64,000 bases of DNA from Lama guanicoe (Eukaryota), in NCBI GenBank assembly GCA_013239625.1, contig MU053933.1, positions 62,001 to 126,000 on the forward strand, given 5' to 3'. The notes below the pieces were generated by a model. That model was not told the origin of the DNA and did no database searches. It saw only the letters and a program-made list of their open reading frames with translations. A program made the position numbers and the translations under genes. Positions 24,061-36,995 of the stretch are shown here, one piece after another (position 1 is the first letter of the stretch; each line of letters begins with the position of its first letter).

Positions 24061-25238
24061 GCGAAAGGCAGACCTCAGTGAACGAATCTTACAGGGAGTA
24101 GCTGGAAGTGGTTCTTAGGACACAGGTTCCCTCCGGGGAAGTGCCGGACAGCCAGCCAGGTTGCCGCCAGCCACTGTGCTGGAACCGCCCGGAGCTGACC
24201 TGTGCTACGTTGCAGGAGTCAAGCATTGAATGAATGTCTGCAAGCTGGCTGTTACACTGCCCCCAACTTCTCATCAGACATAGTCAAGATGCTGCAGGCG
24301 GAGGACTGGCTCTGGTCCAGGAACTAGGCAAGAGGTCAGATTTCTATCGAGGCGTTTGCCCTCCCCTTCCTGATTGACAAGCTTTTACTTCTGTTATTTT
24401 AGGGTTTGGGAGAAGGTGTTTTGTTTTGTTTTGACAGATTTTGGAGAACATGCAGTGATAGGCTAGGAAACCGGCTTTCCAAAAAAAGGTCGTGGTTTGC
24501 AGTGTTTGCCCATTTCCTTGATGTAAATGCTCCCACCCCAGAAGGAAGACTCCTACAGTCAAGACACGAGTATGTGGTAATAGCCACCGCAGCCCTTCCC
24601 CCCAGGCACTGACTTGTGCAGCAGCTCACTGAGGAAGGGAACTGCCCCAGCATCTCAAGGACTGCTGAGCACAGAGTTCAAGTCCTGAAACATCATTATG
24701 GGCTCCCTGTCAACATGGGACGGAAGGAAGGGAGGTATTTAGTGTAGCCAACACTCAGCCCAGAGTGAGTCCACTGGGCCCACAGACCATCCCAGTGGTC
24801 ATTCCTGTGTCCCTGGATGTATAGTGGGAATGGATGTCCTTGGTGTTTAAAAGACCCCCCACATTGATTTCTAGGCTTTGGAAGGAATGATCATATTAAG
24901 AGAGGTGGAGGTGAAGCCTCTGAATCTGCTTTCCCCCTCCCTCCCCCACCACAGGTCAAGATAGGGACTCAAAATCAGCCTTGCAACCTGGGAATAATGG
25001 CTGAAATTAGTGCTGCTTTAAAGACCAGGAGGATGTGGGGGTGGTTCCCATAACACCTCCTTTCACCAGTGCGGCCCCTGAAACACCCAGACAGATCCTG
25101 AAAATGACGGCAAACTGTTGCAAACTCAGCCAAGGAGCAGCCCAGGTTGCAGCTGCTGTGACAGATGTGCTGTATTTGCTGGAGCAGCCTCACCCAGGAT
25201 TCAGTGCGCAGTAAGCAACTGCCGATTTGGTGAGCGCA

Positions 25239-25711
25239 TGTGCAAATGAGAAATACTGCAGCCGGATCAGTAAACAAAGGATGTGGTGGCCATCAAGTCA
25301 TTAGACACTGCAGCCACCCCTGACTGTGAGTCCGGCCCCTGCAGCCACCCGCAGTGGGGCACCCTGGGGAACTCAGGGTGGAAAAGAACAGGACACTGGC
25401 CCTAGACAGCTAAGGTGCACATCAAAGGAGTGATTTCAGTAAGCCCGGACTTTTGCACCTTCCCACGCCTCGAAAGTGTTAAATTCCTTCACTTGAGATG
25501 TCTGGTTTTCTTTAATTAACAGTTATCTTTTGATGTTCCAACTATTTGGTCTTTGTTGCAAAAACTCTTATACATCCTGGCTCCTCCTTTGCCTCTTTGG
25601 AGCAGTCTATTATAGTGACCTGAGAGGTCAATTTTTGGGCTCTAGTTCTCAGAAAATCTGCTGAATAAAACGTAACTTTCAACTTCTGGTTATGCCTTTT
25701 TTCAGTCGACA
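25239..25711 (+). mobile_element. ERV1-type solo LTR (family A, copy 2) inserted in ERVL pol
   Basis: tgtgcaaatg...cagtaaacaaaggatg...aataaaacgtaac...ttcagtcgaca; homologous to 1701-2147. Confidence 0.85.
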
Positions 25712-25778
25712 TATACTTTTCCATCCCTATCATAGGAGAGGATCATAAAGAGTTCACATCCATATCAAACAAGCGAAG

Positions 25779-25824
25779 GAGACACAACATTGTAAAATGA
25801 TTATAAATCAATAAAAAATAAAAA
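25779..25824 (+). mobile_element. 46-bp 5'-truncated L1 tail with a perfect TSD
   Basis: gagacacaacattgtaaaatgattataaatcaataaaaaataaaa, flanked by aaacaagcgaag at 25767-25778 and 25825-25836. Confidence 0.8.
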
Positions 25825-27034
25825 AAACAAGCGAAGCTGTATATTTGTGGTTTTGTACCATCCTCTGACATAAAATAGTCAAAACAGATCTGAACCATCA
25901 AGACCTCTTTCAAAACGTCACACTGGTCCCCTGGATCGTGACTGTCAGGCTATTGGACCCTCATGAGCAAGAAGTGGCTAGTATGTTGGGAGCTTTGGTA
26001 AGACACATGTGTTCCAGAGTACTGGAGATAAACTCTTCAGAGATTCCGAAAGCAGCCACAGAAGTAAAATGTTCAAGAGTCCAGTATTCTGGGGCATGCT
26101 AAGACATCCCCTTCAAGGTAAAGGATAAATCACCGTGTCTTGTATTTTTCACCTCTAAGAAGGAAGCGCAGTGCCTGACAGGCATCACTGTATGATGAAG
26201 ATAACACATATTCTATACCTGGGAACATGAATTTGACCCACATATAAGGTAATGCAAAGACTGTCAGCTTTGAGTAAAGCCTTAAAAAAAAGGAGTCTGC
26301 AGCAGGTTCAAGTCCAGAGCGAGCTGGCCCTGTTGGGCCAGCAGACTGTATGGTATTGAAACTATGAGTGGTAGGAAAAGATACTATATGGATTCGTGAC
26401 AAGGTCCAGTGGTAAGCTCACAATTCAGGACACTGGGGTTCCAGAGCAAGGCCATGCCACCTGCAGTAGGGGGGAATATACCTTTTGAAAAGCAGGTTCT
26501 CGTCTTTGGTAGAAATAGAATATCTGAGCACCATGCACCAAAACTGCCCATGCTGAGCTGTGTTCTGTCAGACCCACCAAATCATAAGGTTGGGAGGATC
26601 CAGCAGCAACCCACGGTAAGACTGAGGCCAGGGGATCCAAGCAAGTTGCATGAACAGGTAGCTCAGACCCCAGTGGCTCCTACCATTGCTGTGCCAGCAG
26701 CCCTCCCTCAACTGTAATCATATGGAAGGCCTTTTACAATCAGATTTTGGAGATGGCAAAGCACAAGCTCGGTTGATAAATGGTAGGCTTGGCAGGTGGG
26801 GCAGTCCCCTTAAGGCATTGCCTGGAAAGACAGTGATCAGGGAAACGCTCCCGATGAGCAGAACTTTGGGAGGTACAGATGGTCTGAGGGTAGAGTGCAC
26901 TTAGATTAATAGGCAGTGGCAAATGGCTCGGAAGGAGAAAGATGGGAAGATTGGCAGCTAGGAAGTCTTGGGAACAGCCATGTGGATGGACAGGTGGGAG
27001 TGGACACAAGAGTGAAGATCTTTGTATCACCTAC

Positions 27035-27810
27035 TATGTCTGTTCTGTTTTCTGCCTGTGGACCTGTCCATTTTAATGGAACGATGTTGAATCCTCAACT
27101 CTGATAGTGGGTTCATCTATTTCTCTTTGCCATTCTGTCCATTTTTGTCTCACATGTTTTGATGCTCTGTTGCTAGGAGCATACATGTTAATAATTGCTG
27201 TATACACTTGGAGAGATGGCCTTTTTATCATTATGGAATATCCTTCTTTATTTTTGATAGCTTTCCTTACTTTGAAATCTGATTTCTTTGAAGTTATTAT
27301 GGCTAGTCTTGCTTTCTTCTGATTAGCAGTAACATGGTATGTCTTTCTCCATCCATTTACTTTTATTCTATGTGTGGTTTTATACTTAAAATGAGATTCT
27401 GGTGGATAACACAGAGTTGGCTCTTGTTTTTTGCTGCACTCTGACAATTGGTCTTTCAATTGGTGCATTTAGACCACTGATATGCCAAGTGATTTTTGAT
27501 GTAGTTGGATTAATGTCTTATTTGTTAATATTTTCCATTTATTGCCCTTGTTCTTTGATTCTATTTTTATCTTCCACTCTTTTCCTGCCTTTTGTGGTTT
27601 TAACTGAGCATTTTATATGATTCCTTTTTCTCTTCTTTGTTAGCATATTGGTTACACTTCTTCTCCTCCCCCCTTTTCAGTGGTTATCGTAGAGTTTGCA
27701 ATATACATTTATAGTTAATCCAAGTTCACTTTCAAATAACACTACACTAACTCACAGGTAGTGTTAATATCTTATAATAACAAAGTAATTTTAATTCCAC
27801 CCTCCTGTCG
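27035..27810 (-). mobile_element. Old L1 fragment (ORF2 endonuclease region)
   Basis: ORF 27073-27468 gives IKVNGWRKTYH...KEGYSIMIK...INMYAPSNRASK, L1 EN motifs. Confidence 0.9.
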
Positions 27811-27849
27811 ATGTCCTCAAATATGTGCTTGCCAAGAGTGATGTCAGAA

Positions 27850-30800
27850 AAAATACAGGAAATAGAGAAATCTAAGGGCCCACTCTTTCACAGAAACACT
27901 GAGGAAATTAGCAAAACTATTAGAATCATCTTTATCTGAACTCCAGAAAACAGTCAAAAGGTTTACAACAACCAACGAATTCTTCATCAAGAAAAAACAA
28001 ACTGCAGCAAAATAGAAGAACTTAAATGTTTAGAAAAGTCACTATAAATAAATGACAAGCTACAACAATCAGCAACAACAAATGAGAGGGAGAGAGGAGA
28101 ATCTGATATCCAGAATTATTACATTATAATATTCAAAATGTCCATTTTTCAACAAAAATTATGAAACATGCAAGAAGGAAGAAAGTATGACCCATTCACA
28201 GGGTGAAAAAAGCAATTAGTAGAATACGTTTTTGAGGAAACCCAGGAATTGGGCTTACTAGACAAAACTCTCTCAATATAGTCTATGAGTTAAAAAAAAC
28301 TGTGAACAAAGAACTAAGGGAAACCAAGAGAATAATGTCTCACCAAATAAGGAATATCAATAAAGAAAATATAAAAAGGAACCAAATAGAAATTCCAGGG
28401 CTGAAAAGTACAATAAGTAAAATGAAAACTTCTCGAGAGGGGCTCAACAGCACATTTAAGCAGGCAAAAGAGAGAATTAGTGAACGTGAAACTAGGTCAA
28501 TTGAAATATTCCAGCCTGAGGAGTAGATGGGGGAAAAAAGAATGAAGACAAATAAACAGAACTTAAGAGACCTGTGGGACAGAGTCAAGCACACCAGCAT
28601 ACACTTAATAGGAGTTCCAGAAGTAGAGAAGAGAGAGGAAGGAGCAGAAAAAATACATGAAGGACTAATGGCCAAAAGCTTCCCACACTTGAAGAAAGAT
28701 ATGCACCCACACATCCAAGAAGCTCAATGAACTCCAAGTAGAATAAACTTGAAAATATCCACACTGAAACCCATTATAACTAAATTATTCAAAGACAGAA
28801 AGCAGCAAAAGAGAAAGTTAACAGCCACTTTCTCATCAGAAACTGTGAGACCAGAAGGAGTAGGATGACATATTTAAAATGTTGAAAGGAAAAACTGTCA
28901 ACCAAAAATTTGTACCCAACAAATGCATTCTTCAAAAATGAAGGCAAAATTAAGACATTTCCAAATAAATAAAAATTGAAGGAGTTCATTGCTAGTAGAC
29001 CTGCCCTACAAGAAATGATAATTCAGGCTGAAATAAAAAGGCACTAAACAGTAACTTGAAGCCATATGGAGAAGTAACACCAGGAAAGTTGACAGTTTGG
29101 GTAGTTTGTGAATTTACATGTATTTCTCCATTATATCTAGCTTTTCTAATGTTTTGATGTATACTAGTCTCACAGGCAGTTGATCCTTGAACAATGTAGG
29201 CTTGAAGTGCATGGGTCCACTTATACACAGATAGTTTTCAATAGTAAGTAGAACAGTACTACTTGATCCATGGTTGTTTGAATCCACAGATGCAGAGAAA
29301 CCACAGAAATAGAAGGCCATGTGGATTAACCGCTGTGTTGTTCAAGGGTCAACTGTGAGCGTTTTTATTTATGTAAGGTCAACAGAGATGTACCTGTTTT
29401 GTTTCTGATTTTGGTAGTTTTAAGACTTCTCTTTTTTTCTTAGTCAGTCTAGCCAAAGTTTTGTCAATTTTGTAGCTCGTTTCAGGAACCAAATTTTGGT
29501 TCACTGATTGATTTCGAGGGTTTCACTATTGATTTTCTAGTCTCAGTTTCATTAATCTGTTTTCCAATATTTATTTCCTCCTCTTTGTTATCTCTGGCTT
29601 TGGTCTGCTTTCCTTTTTCTGATTCCTTAAGGTGTAAAGTTAGGTTCTCGATTTAAATCTTTTTTCTTTTTAAATTAAGTGTTGATAGTTATACATTTCC
29701 CTGTGAGCATTGTTTTTGCAATGTCTCATAAGCATTGGTCTGCTGTGTTTTCACTTTTATTCATCTCAAAGTATTTTCTAACTTCCCTCGTGATTTATTC
29801 TTTGATCCATTTGTTGTTTAAATGTGTGTTGTTTAACTTCTACCTACTTATGAATTTTCCAGTTTTTCTTTCTTTCTGTTTTTTCAGGCACAGCTCTAAG
29901 TACTTTTTTTTATTTTTAAACTTTTTTATTGAGTTATTTTTCCAGTTTTTGTTGTGTTATTGGTTTCTAGTTTCTTTCCATTGTAATCAGAGAAGATATT
30001 TTCGTATGATTTCAATCTTTTTAAATGGCTTGAGATTTGTTTTGTGGCCTAACATATGATCTAATCTGGAAAATGTCCCATGTGCACTTGAGACAAATGT
30101 GTACTCTGCTGTTGTTGAGTTGAGCATTTCGTATATGCCTGTTAGGTCTAGCTGGTTTGTAGCATTCTTCAAGCCCTCTATGTCATTACTGATCTTTGGT
30201 CTAGTTGTATTACTTCATTTTTTATTAGTGGAGATGACTTTTTAAAGTCTGCAACTGTTATTGTAATATTGCAACTGTCTATTTCTTTCTTCAATCCTGT
30301 AATTTTTGCTTCATATATTTTGAGGGTCTGATGCTAGGTGCATATGTGTTTATAATTGTCATAGCTTCTTGATAAATTGATCTTTTATCAATATTTAGTG
30401 CCCTTATTTGTCTTTTCCAATAATATTTGACTCCAAGTCTATTTTGTCTGATTTTATTATAGCCATCTAGCTTTCTTTCAGCTACTTTTGCACAAAGTAT
30501 ATCTTTTTCATCCTTTCACTTTCAATCTATTTGTATCTTTGGATCTAAAGTGAGTGAACCGACTCAAGAAGAAATAGGTAATTTGAATACATATAAAACA
30601 GGCGATGAGATTACATCAGCAGTCAAAACCCTCCCCCAAAAGAAAAGCCCAGGACCAGGAAGTTTCAAGCTGAATTCTACTGAACATCTATATAACAATT
30701 AGCATCAAGTCTTCCAAAAAAATAGAAGATGAGGGAACACTTTCTAGCTCATTCTGTTAAGTCAACATTATCCTGATATCAAAGCTAGAGACAAAGACAA

Positions 30801-32070
30801 CAAAAGAAAACTATAGACTAATATTCCTTAGAGATGAAGAGTTTTTAAAACCTCAACGAAATACAATCCAACCAGATACAGCAGCAAATTAAAAGGATTA
30901 TACACCACAACCAAGTGGGATTTATCCTAGGAACACAAGAGTAATTCAATATATGAAAACCAATCAGTATAATGTACCACATTAACAGAATTGAAAGGGA
31001 AAAAAACACATGATCATCTCAACTGATGCAGAAAAAGCATTTGACAAAAGCTGACACTATTTTATGATAAAAACACTCAACAAACTAGGACTAGAACAAA
31101 AGTTCTTCAATATAATATAGGGCATTACAAAAAAAAAAGAAAAGAAAAGAAAAGGAAAGAAACCACAGCTAACACCTTATTCAAAAGTGAAAGACTGAAA
31201 ACTTTCCCCTTACAATCAAGAGTAAGACAAGGACGCCTACTTTCACCATTTCTATTAAACATTATGCTAGAAGGTCTTGCCAAAGCAATTAAGCAAGAAA
31301 AAGAAATAAAAGACATCCAAATTGTGAAAGGAAGAAATAAGACTTAGCACAAAGCTACAGTCATCAAAACAGTGGTAGTGGCATCAAGGTAGACATATAG
31401 ATTGATGGAATAAAATTGAGGGTCTAGAAATAAGCCCGCATGTCTTTGGTCAATTGATTTTCAACAAGGGTGTCAAGACCATTCAATGGGAAAAGCATAG
31501 TCTCTTTGATAAGTGACTTTGAGAAAACTGGATAGTCATATGCAAAAGAATGAAGTCAAACCCTACCTCACACCATGTACAAAATTTAACTCAAAATGGA
31601 TCAAAGACCTGACTATAATAGATAAAGCTATAACACTAACACTATTGGAAGAAAACATAGGGGTAAATCTGCGTGACTTTAGATCTGGCAACAATTTTTA
31701 AGATACAAACCCAAAAGGACAAGCAACAACAAAAAAATATAGATAAACTAGAATTCATTAAAACTAAAAAATTCTATGTATCAAAGGACAGTATCAATAG
31801 AGTAAAATGGAAAGCCACAGAATGAGGGGAAATATTTGCAAATCATAATTCTGATAAGGGCCTTGTATCCAGAATACATAAAGAATTCCCGTAATTCATC
31901 AACAAAAAGACAAACAGCCCAATTTAAAATGGACAAAGCACTTCGATAGACATTTCTCCAAAGAAGACATACAAACAGCCAACAAACACATAAAAGGATG
32001 ACTGTACCAGATGTCACTGCACTGAACACTTTCAAATGGTTAAAAGGGTAACTTTAATATTGTACATTAT
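27850..32070 (+). mobile_element. Long old L1 (ORF1 + ORF2 parts) with an internally inverted segment ~29091-30555
   Basis: ORF1 motifs on + (LRDLWDRVK, IGVPE, FPHL...IQEAQ), EN/ORF2 on - (29100-30555), and ORF2 RT/C-terminal parts on + (30556-32000). Confidence 0.85.
29177..29355. mobile_element. Tigger2-type MITE (Tc1/mariner)
   Basis: Terminal inverted repeats cagttgatccttgaacaa / ttgttcaagggtcaactg. Confidence 0.85.
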
Positions 32071-32096
32071 CACACACACACACACACACACACACA
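32071..32096. repeat. (CA)n microsatellite
   Basis: Perfect CA run. Confidence 0.95.
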
Positions 32097-32915
32097 TGCC
32101 TGCTAACGATTTCTAAGAGCAAGACCCCCACTCACAGCAGCACAGGGCGTTACCGGCGCTGAAAACCTTGCTTGGTGTTACAGGTGGAACATTTATGTTT
32201 TAATCTGAGAAGCTTCAATTTTTAATGAAATTGGGTAGCTTTTCATATGCTAATTGGGGATCTGAACGGAGGATGTATTTGATGCTTTTGTATCTCACCC
32301 TGTTTTAAAGACACCTTGATTTTATATTGCAATATTTTCTGGCAGCTCAGTATCTCCAATTTGCACATCAAAAAGATTCCTTTTGGGTTCCGACTGAAAT
32401 CACATCAGTGATGGATCGACCCGGGGGAGTGGAGACTCTACAGCCCTAAGTTTCTTGCCCACAGCTCTCTCGGGTCCCAGCGGACATACGAGGTATGTGT
32501 CTGTTGGTCAGGTTACTATTTTGTTCCAACTTATCTTCTTAACTTTCTTCTTAGGTGCTTTGTAGTGTGGCTGCCACAGCGCTGGGCACCTCTCCCCATC
32601 AGGGTGTCACACGGGCACAGGCGGTGTGAGGGAGGGGCCGCTAGTGTCTGGGAGCTTGTCTCACGCCCAGCCCCTCCGTGAACATGACACTTGGCAGAAA
32701 CTTGCCTCATATATTCTCCACAAGTTTTCTGGAGCCAAAGAAGAGATGGGAAAACAGATCCTTGCAACATACTCACGTGTTGAGTGAGTAAAACCTAATT
32801 GTAGAAAACACACCAGCACTAAAGAGAGTCCCATGCGCCCAGCTCCAAACGTCAACACGGAAGGGAGGGCGTGGGAGCCTCCTCCCGCTGGGGCAACGCG
32901 CACACCCGGGCGGGG

Positions 32916-32922
32916 TATAAAA
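32916..32922 (+). promoter_or_regulatory. TATA box of the KRTAP10-like gene
   Basis: gggTATAAAAgc ~88 bp upstream of the ATG, followed by the CA-rich 5'UTR typical of KRTAP10. Confidence 0.8.
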
Positions 32923-33003
32923 GCTGACAGCCCCAGCACCTCACACTCACACACACACTCACACACTCACGCTCACACCCTCCTCCAGCCTCACACCCCA
33001 ACC

Positions 33004-33651
33004 ATGGCCGCTTCCGCTCTGTCCACCTGCTCCAGCGACCTGAGCTACGGCAGCCGGGTCTGCCTGCCCGGTTCCTGTGACTCCTGCACTGGCTCCTCCT
33101 GGCAGGTGGACGACTGCCCAGAGAGCTGCTGCGAGCCCCGCTGCTGTGAGCCCCTCTGCTGTGAGCCCCGCTGCTGTGAGCCCCTCTGCTGTGAGCCCCG
33201 CTCCTGCGAGCCCCACTGCCTGACCCTCCTCTGCGCCCCAGTGAGCTGTGAGCCCAGCCCCTGCTGCCAGCTGACCTGTGAGCCCAGCATCTGCCAATCA
33301 GGCTGCAGCAGCTCCTGCACAGCCTTGTGCTGCCCGCAGTCTAGCTGCCAGCCCTCCTGCTGCACCTCCTCCCCCTGCCAGCAGGACTGCTGCAGGCCCG
33401 TGTGCTGCAGGCCCGTGTGCTGCACACCTGTCTGCTGCAGGCCCGTGTGCTGTGAGCCCACCCTCTGCCCCTCGTCCTGCTGCAGACCCTCCTCCTCTGT
33501 GTCCCTGCTCTGCCGCCCCGTGTGCAGACCTGCCTGCTGTGCCCCCGCCCCCTCCTGCCAGCCCAGCTGCTGCCGCCCGGCCTCCTGCGTGTCCCTGCTC
33601 TGCCGCCCCAGGTGCTCCCGCTTGGCCTGCTGTGTCTCTGACTCGGCCTAG
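33004..33651 (+). CDS. KRTAP10-like: Keratin-associated protein, KRTAP10 family (high-sulfur, 215 aa, single exon)
   Basis: Diagnostic N-terminus MAASALSTCSSDLSYGSRVCLPGSCDSCTGSSWQVDDCPESCCEP, Cys/Pro/Ser pentapeptide repeats and SLLCRP motifs. Kozak accATGG, upstream TATA, AATAAA at 33925. Confidence 0.93.
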   Translation: MAASALSTCSSDLSYGSRVCLPGSCDSCTGSSWQVDDCPESCCEPRCCEPLCCEPRCCEPLCCEPRSCEPHCLTLLCAPVSCEPSPCCQLTCEPSICQSGCSSSCTALCCPQSSCQPSCCTSSPCQQDCCRPVCCRPVCCTPVCCRPVCCEPTLCPSSCCRPSSSVSLLCRPVCRPACCAPAPSCQPSCCRPASCVSLLCRPRCSRLACCVSDSA

Positions 33652-33924
33652 AAGTCCAGCTGCTGACCGGCTGGACTGCCGGCCTCTCTCCAGCTTCTGT
33701 CTTTGACCCTGAGCCCAGCTGTCCTCTCTCAGGAGCCCCGGAGTCCCTCTGCTGGCACCAGGACCTCCCCTTTCTCGTCGGTGGACACACAGCTGCTGCC
33801 TGGAGGGGACTTGAACATGCCACCCTCAAACCCCCCAGCCGTGGGGGAACTGCCGGCCCTGGGAGCCCTCTTCTGCATGGTTGGGTTCTTATATTCCATG
33901 TGTCAAAGGTCAACTGCCATCATT

Positions 33925-33930
33925 AATAAA
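33925..33930 (+). other. Polyadenylation signal of the KRTAP10-like gene
   Basis: AATAAA ~270 bp after the stop codon. Confidence 0.7.
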
Positions 33931-34845
33931 ATGAGATAAATGAAAGGAAAGAATCAGTCGAGATGACGGTGTCTATACTTTGGAGAGTTTATTTAGCACA
34001 TGTTTGTAACACAAGGACAATTCTAAATGCTGAGACCCTCCAAATCAGGGTCACTGTGACACCTTTGTCATCCACGTGACTGAGATGTGGACAATGGCCA
34101 CTCACAGATGCCGCCCACCAAGGTACCACATGAAACAAGAGTAAACCGTGAAGCCTTCCTCCCATCTGGTGGACAGCGCAGGCAGCTCCTGGGAGTGTCC
34201 GGGAGGGTGTGGGCAAGGCCAGGACATGACATCAAATGGCTTGGCTTGGATACAGGGGACAAAAAAAAAAAAACAGGGCTGGAGAGGAGGTTTGATTTGA
34301 ATTGAATGAAGGATGAGAAAGTGCCAGGCATCGTGGATGCTCTAAGGATTCCCTCTGCACGTCACATCCTGGGGATCACGTGACATCACAATGACATCTT
34401 TCTAGATACGTGCCTTCGCACAGGGCGGCCTCCCTGTGGCGCACCTCTTAGACTATTTCTTGGTCCCCAAACAGCTCCCGCAGGCACCCTGGCGTGGCAG
34501 TGCCTCCTTCTGCCGTGGCTGATGCCTCCTCCCGGCACCCCCGCCCCCGCCCCCGGCCCTGTGCCCACGGTGGCCCAGCGCCCACGCTCTGGAGGGGCCT
34601 GTGTTCACACCACGGGGACTGAGTTGGCACTTCCTAGGGCAGCCCCCCCGGTTTCTGGGCCAGGTTTCCCCTTCCCAGAATAGCGCAGGCATCCCACACA
34701 CAGTGCTCCTGCGATCGCTGTGGTTCCGGATGGGAGTGTGGCCTGCCTCCAACTGGACTCTCCTCGGAACAACGGAAGCCAAGGCACAGCCATGTGGTGT
34801 GCAAAGGAGGGGCCAGACCAGTCTTGCAGCTTCGAGCTGCCCCTG

Positions 34846-35257
34846 TGATGGGCTGAACCGTGTTCCCTGAACAGGACATGCTGGAGCCCTAACCCCAGTA
34901 CCCCTGAACATGACCTTATTTGGAAATGGCATCTTTGCAAATCTGATCAAGTTAAAATGAGGCCTGGAAGGTGGGACCCAATCCAGAGGTCACATGATCG
35001 TGTCCTCATTACAAAAAAGGAAGCTGCACAGAGGGAAGACGGGAGAAGATGCAGGCAGGGATCAGGGTGGTACCTGGAGCCAAGGACACCAGAGATGCCT
35101 GAAAACACGGGGAGCCAGGAGAGGGGATGGAGCGGATTCCCTGCTGCCCTTGGAAGGGACCAGCCTCCCACACCTTGGCCTCCAGACTGTGAGACCATGA
35201 GTTTGTGCGGTTGAAGCCGCCCAGCCTGGGTGCTTTGCGTGATAGCCCAAAGAGGAT
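34846..35257 (+). mobile_element. MaLR LTR (MLT1A/B-like)
   Basis: tgatgggctgaaccgtgttccc...gaccttatttggaaatggcatctttgca...cctccagactgtgaga...gaagccgcccagc. Confidence 0.85.
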
Positions 35258-36995
35258 GCTGCAGCCCCTCCCCAACTCTGGCCCTTGCAGAGGGTGGAGA
35301 GGTCAAGAAGAGGGTGCTTGTGGGTCAGGGACCCAGGCCCTGGGGTGCTGAGCTCTGGAGAGCATTCCTTGGAGAAAGCTGTCCCTGAGGGAGGGAGGAC
35401 TGGGGCCTTTACATCCTCTGCAGGCAAGGGAGGGGGCTCCCAGGGGGTCACCACGAGAGCGGCAGAGTCCCCTGCAGGGAGGACCACCACTGCCCCAGGC
35501 CGTGATGCCCAGAATCTGTGCTGGATGCTCGGGGAGGGGGCACAGGTGTGGGCTAAGAGGAATGCTGCCTGAGAGTCCCCGCGGCCCCGGTGTGGACCCG
35601 TGGGAGAGAGGGCAGTGTGGACTCAGGCTAGGGGAGAGAGCCTGGAGCAGGACAGACCTGGGCAGAAAGACCGTCAGCCTCCAAGTGACTGAGGAGGGAA
35701 GGTCCGGCTGGAGGGGCTCTTCCCCCGGCCGGGGGCACAGGGCAGGAAGAGCCCGCAGGGGGAGAATGGGCTCCGAGACCGGCAGCAGGGCCGGGGAGTC
35801 GGCTCCGCAGCCCCCGCGTGGCTCTCCTTCCTGCCCTTTGTGTCCCCACTTCCACCCACAACCCCGAAGGTCACCACACAGTTGAAGGACCACAGACGGA
35901 GTGTGGAAGGGGGGGCTGTGCCACCGAGAAGCTGGCCGGCCTGTGGCTGCCGTAAAAGTGACCACGAACGTGGCTGAAGCAGCTCAAACGTGCTGCCCCC
36001 CAGCCGTGGAGGCAGAATGGGAAGGAGTCTCCCGGCCACAGTTGGGGTGTGGGCGGGCGGGCTTCCCTGGAGGCTCCAGGGCAGAGTGTGACCCCTGTCC
36101 TTTCAGCTTCTAGAGGCCCTGCATCCTCGGCTCGTGGCCTCGAGTCTTGCTTGCCCCTCCCGTGGCCTCCCCTTCTGTGGCCGTCTCCCCGCCCCCCATC
36201 AGTCCCACCTGGAGGACTCAGAGCATCTCCCATCTCAAGGCCCTCAATTTACTCCCGTCCACAAAGTTGCTTTGCCGTGTAAGGGGACGTATCGCAGGTC
36301 CTGAGGGCAGGACGTGGCATCCCTGGGGAACCACGGAAGTCCCCCCCCCGCCCCCATCAGGCTCTTTCCCACCCATGGGGAGGGGGAGGAGCCCTGCGTA
36401 TCCGCAGAGCATACGGGTTTAATTTAGTGATGTGAGCGCCACCTATCAATGCTGCGCAGAAGGACATTTTACACAAAAGGGGTGAGTTCAGGACCTTAAT
36501 GCCCTCGGTCCACCCAGAGCAGGGTGAGGACTGGCCTCGTAAGGTCAGGGGACAGAGCTGGGTCCCTCACCTGAGCGCTGGGAGTTCACCTTTGGCACGA
36601 GCTTGGTCACCCACATGGTCATCTGGTGACCTGACCTGCTCTGTAAAAGGAATTTTCTAGAATCGGGGGGAACCACCCCCGGAGGAAGCAGTTTAGGGAA
36701 TGGCAGGAGGGGAGAGACACTGCTCCGCGAGCATCGCGCTCTGACGTGTACTGGAACTTCAGTGCGGGAGGCTGCCGAGCCTGGACGCCGCCCCAGCCGG
36801 CGTGGGCGCCGGGCAGGTGACCCCGCCGGGGATGAGGCCCTCAGCCTGGCCGGCTGGGATCGAGCAGCCTCGCTGCGATGCAGTCTCGTTGGGCGCGGAA
36901 GGTGTGGAGAGGACGATGTCTGGGCCGCCCCCTGGGAGTTCAGAGTTGGCTGCTTCTGACCCACACACGGGCAGGGGTCCCGGCAGGGCCTGGGC

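Larger units (their letters stand above)
24650..27030 (+). mobile_element. Degenerate ERVL (class III) internal region: protease-RT-RNaseH remnant
   Basis: Decayed translation follows the ERVL pol order: PVVI-P-CIVGMDVL, KPL-L, AEISA, GVVPITPPF, D-S--MT, VAAAVTDVLYLLEQ, DL---FSIP. It is interrupted by an LTR and a tiny L1 insertion. Confidence 0.75.

Noticed and set aside
32833..33003. 57-aa N-terminal extension of the KRTAP10 ORF
   Set aside because: It lies upstream of or across the TATA box, and the family N-terminus starts at ATG 33004.
32959..33913. Antisense and alternative-frame ORFs over KRTAP10
   Set aside because: Shadow ORFs of a GC-rich repetitive CDS.
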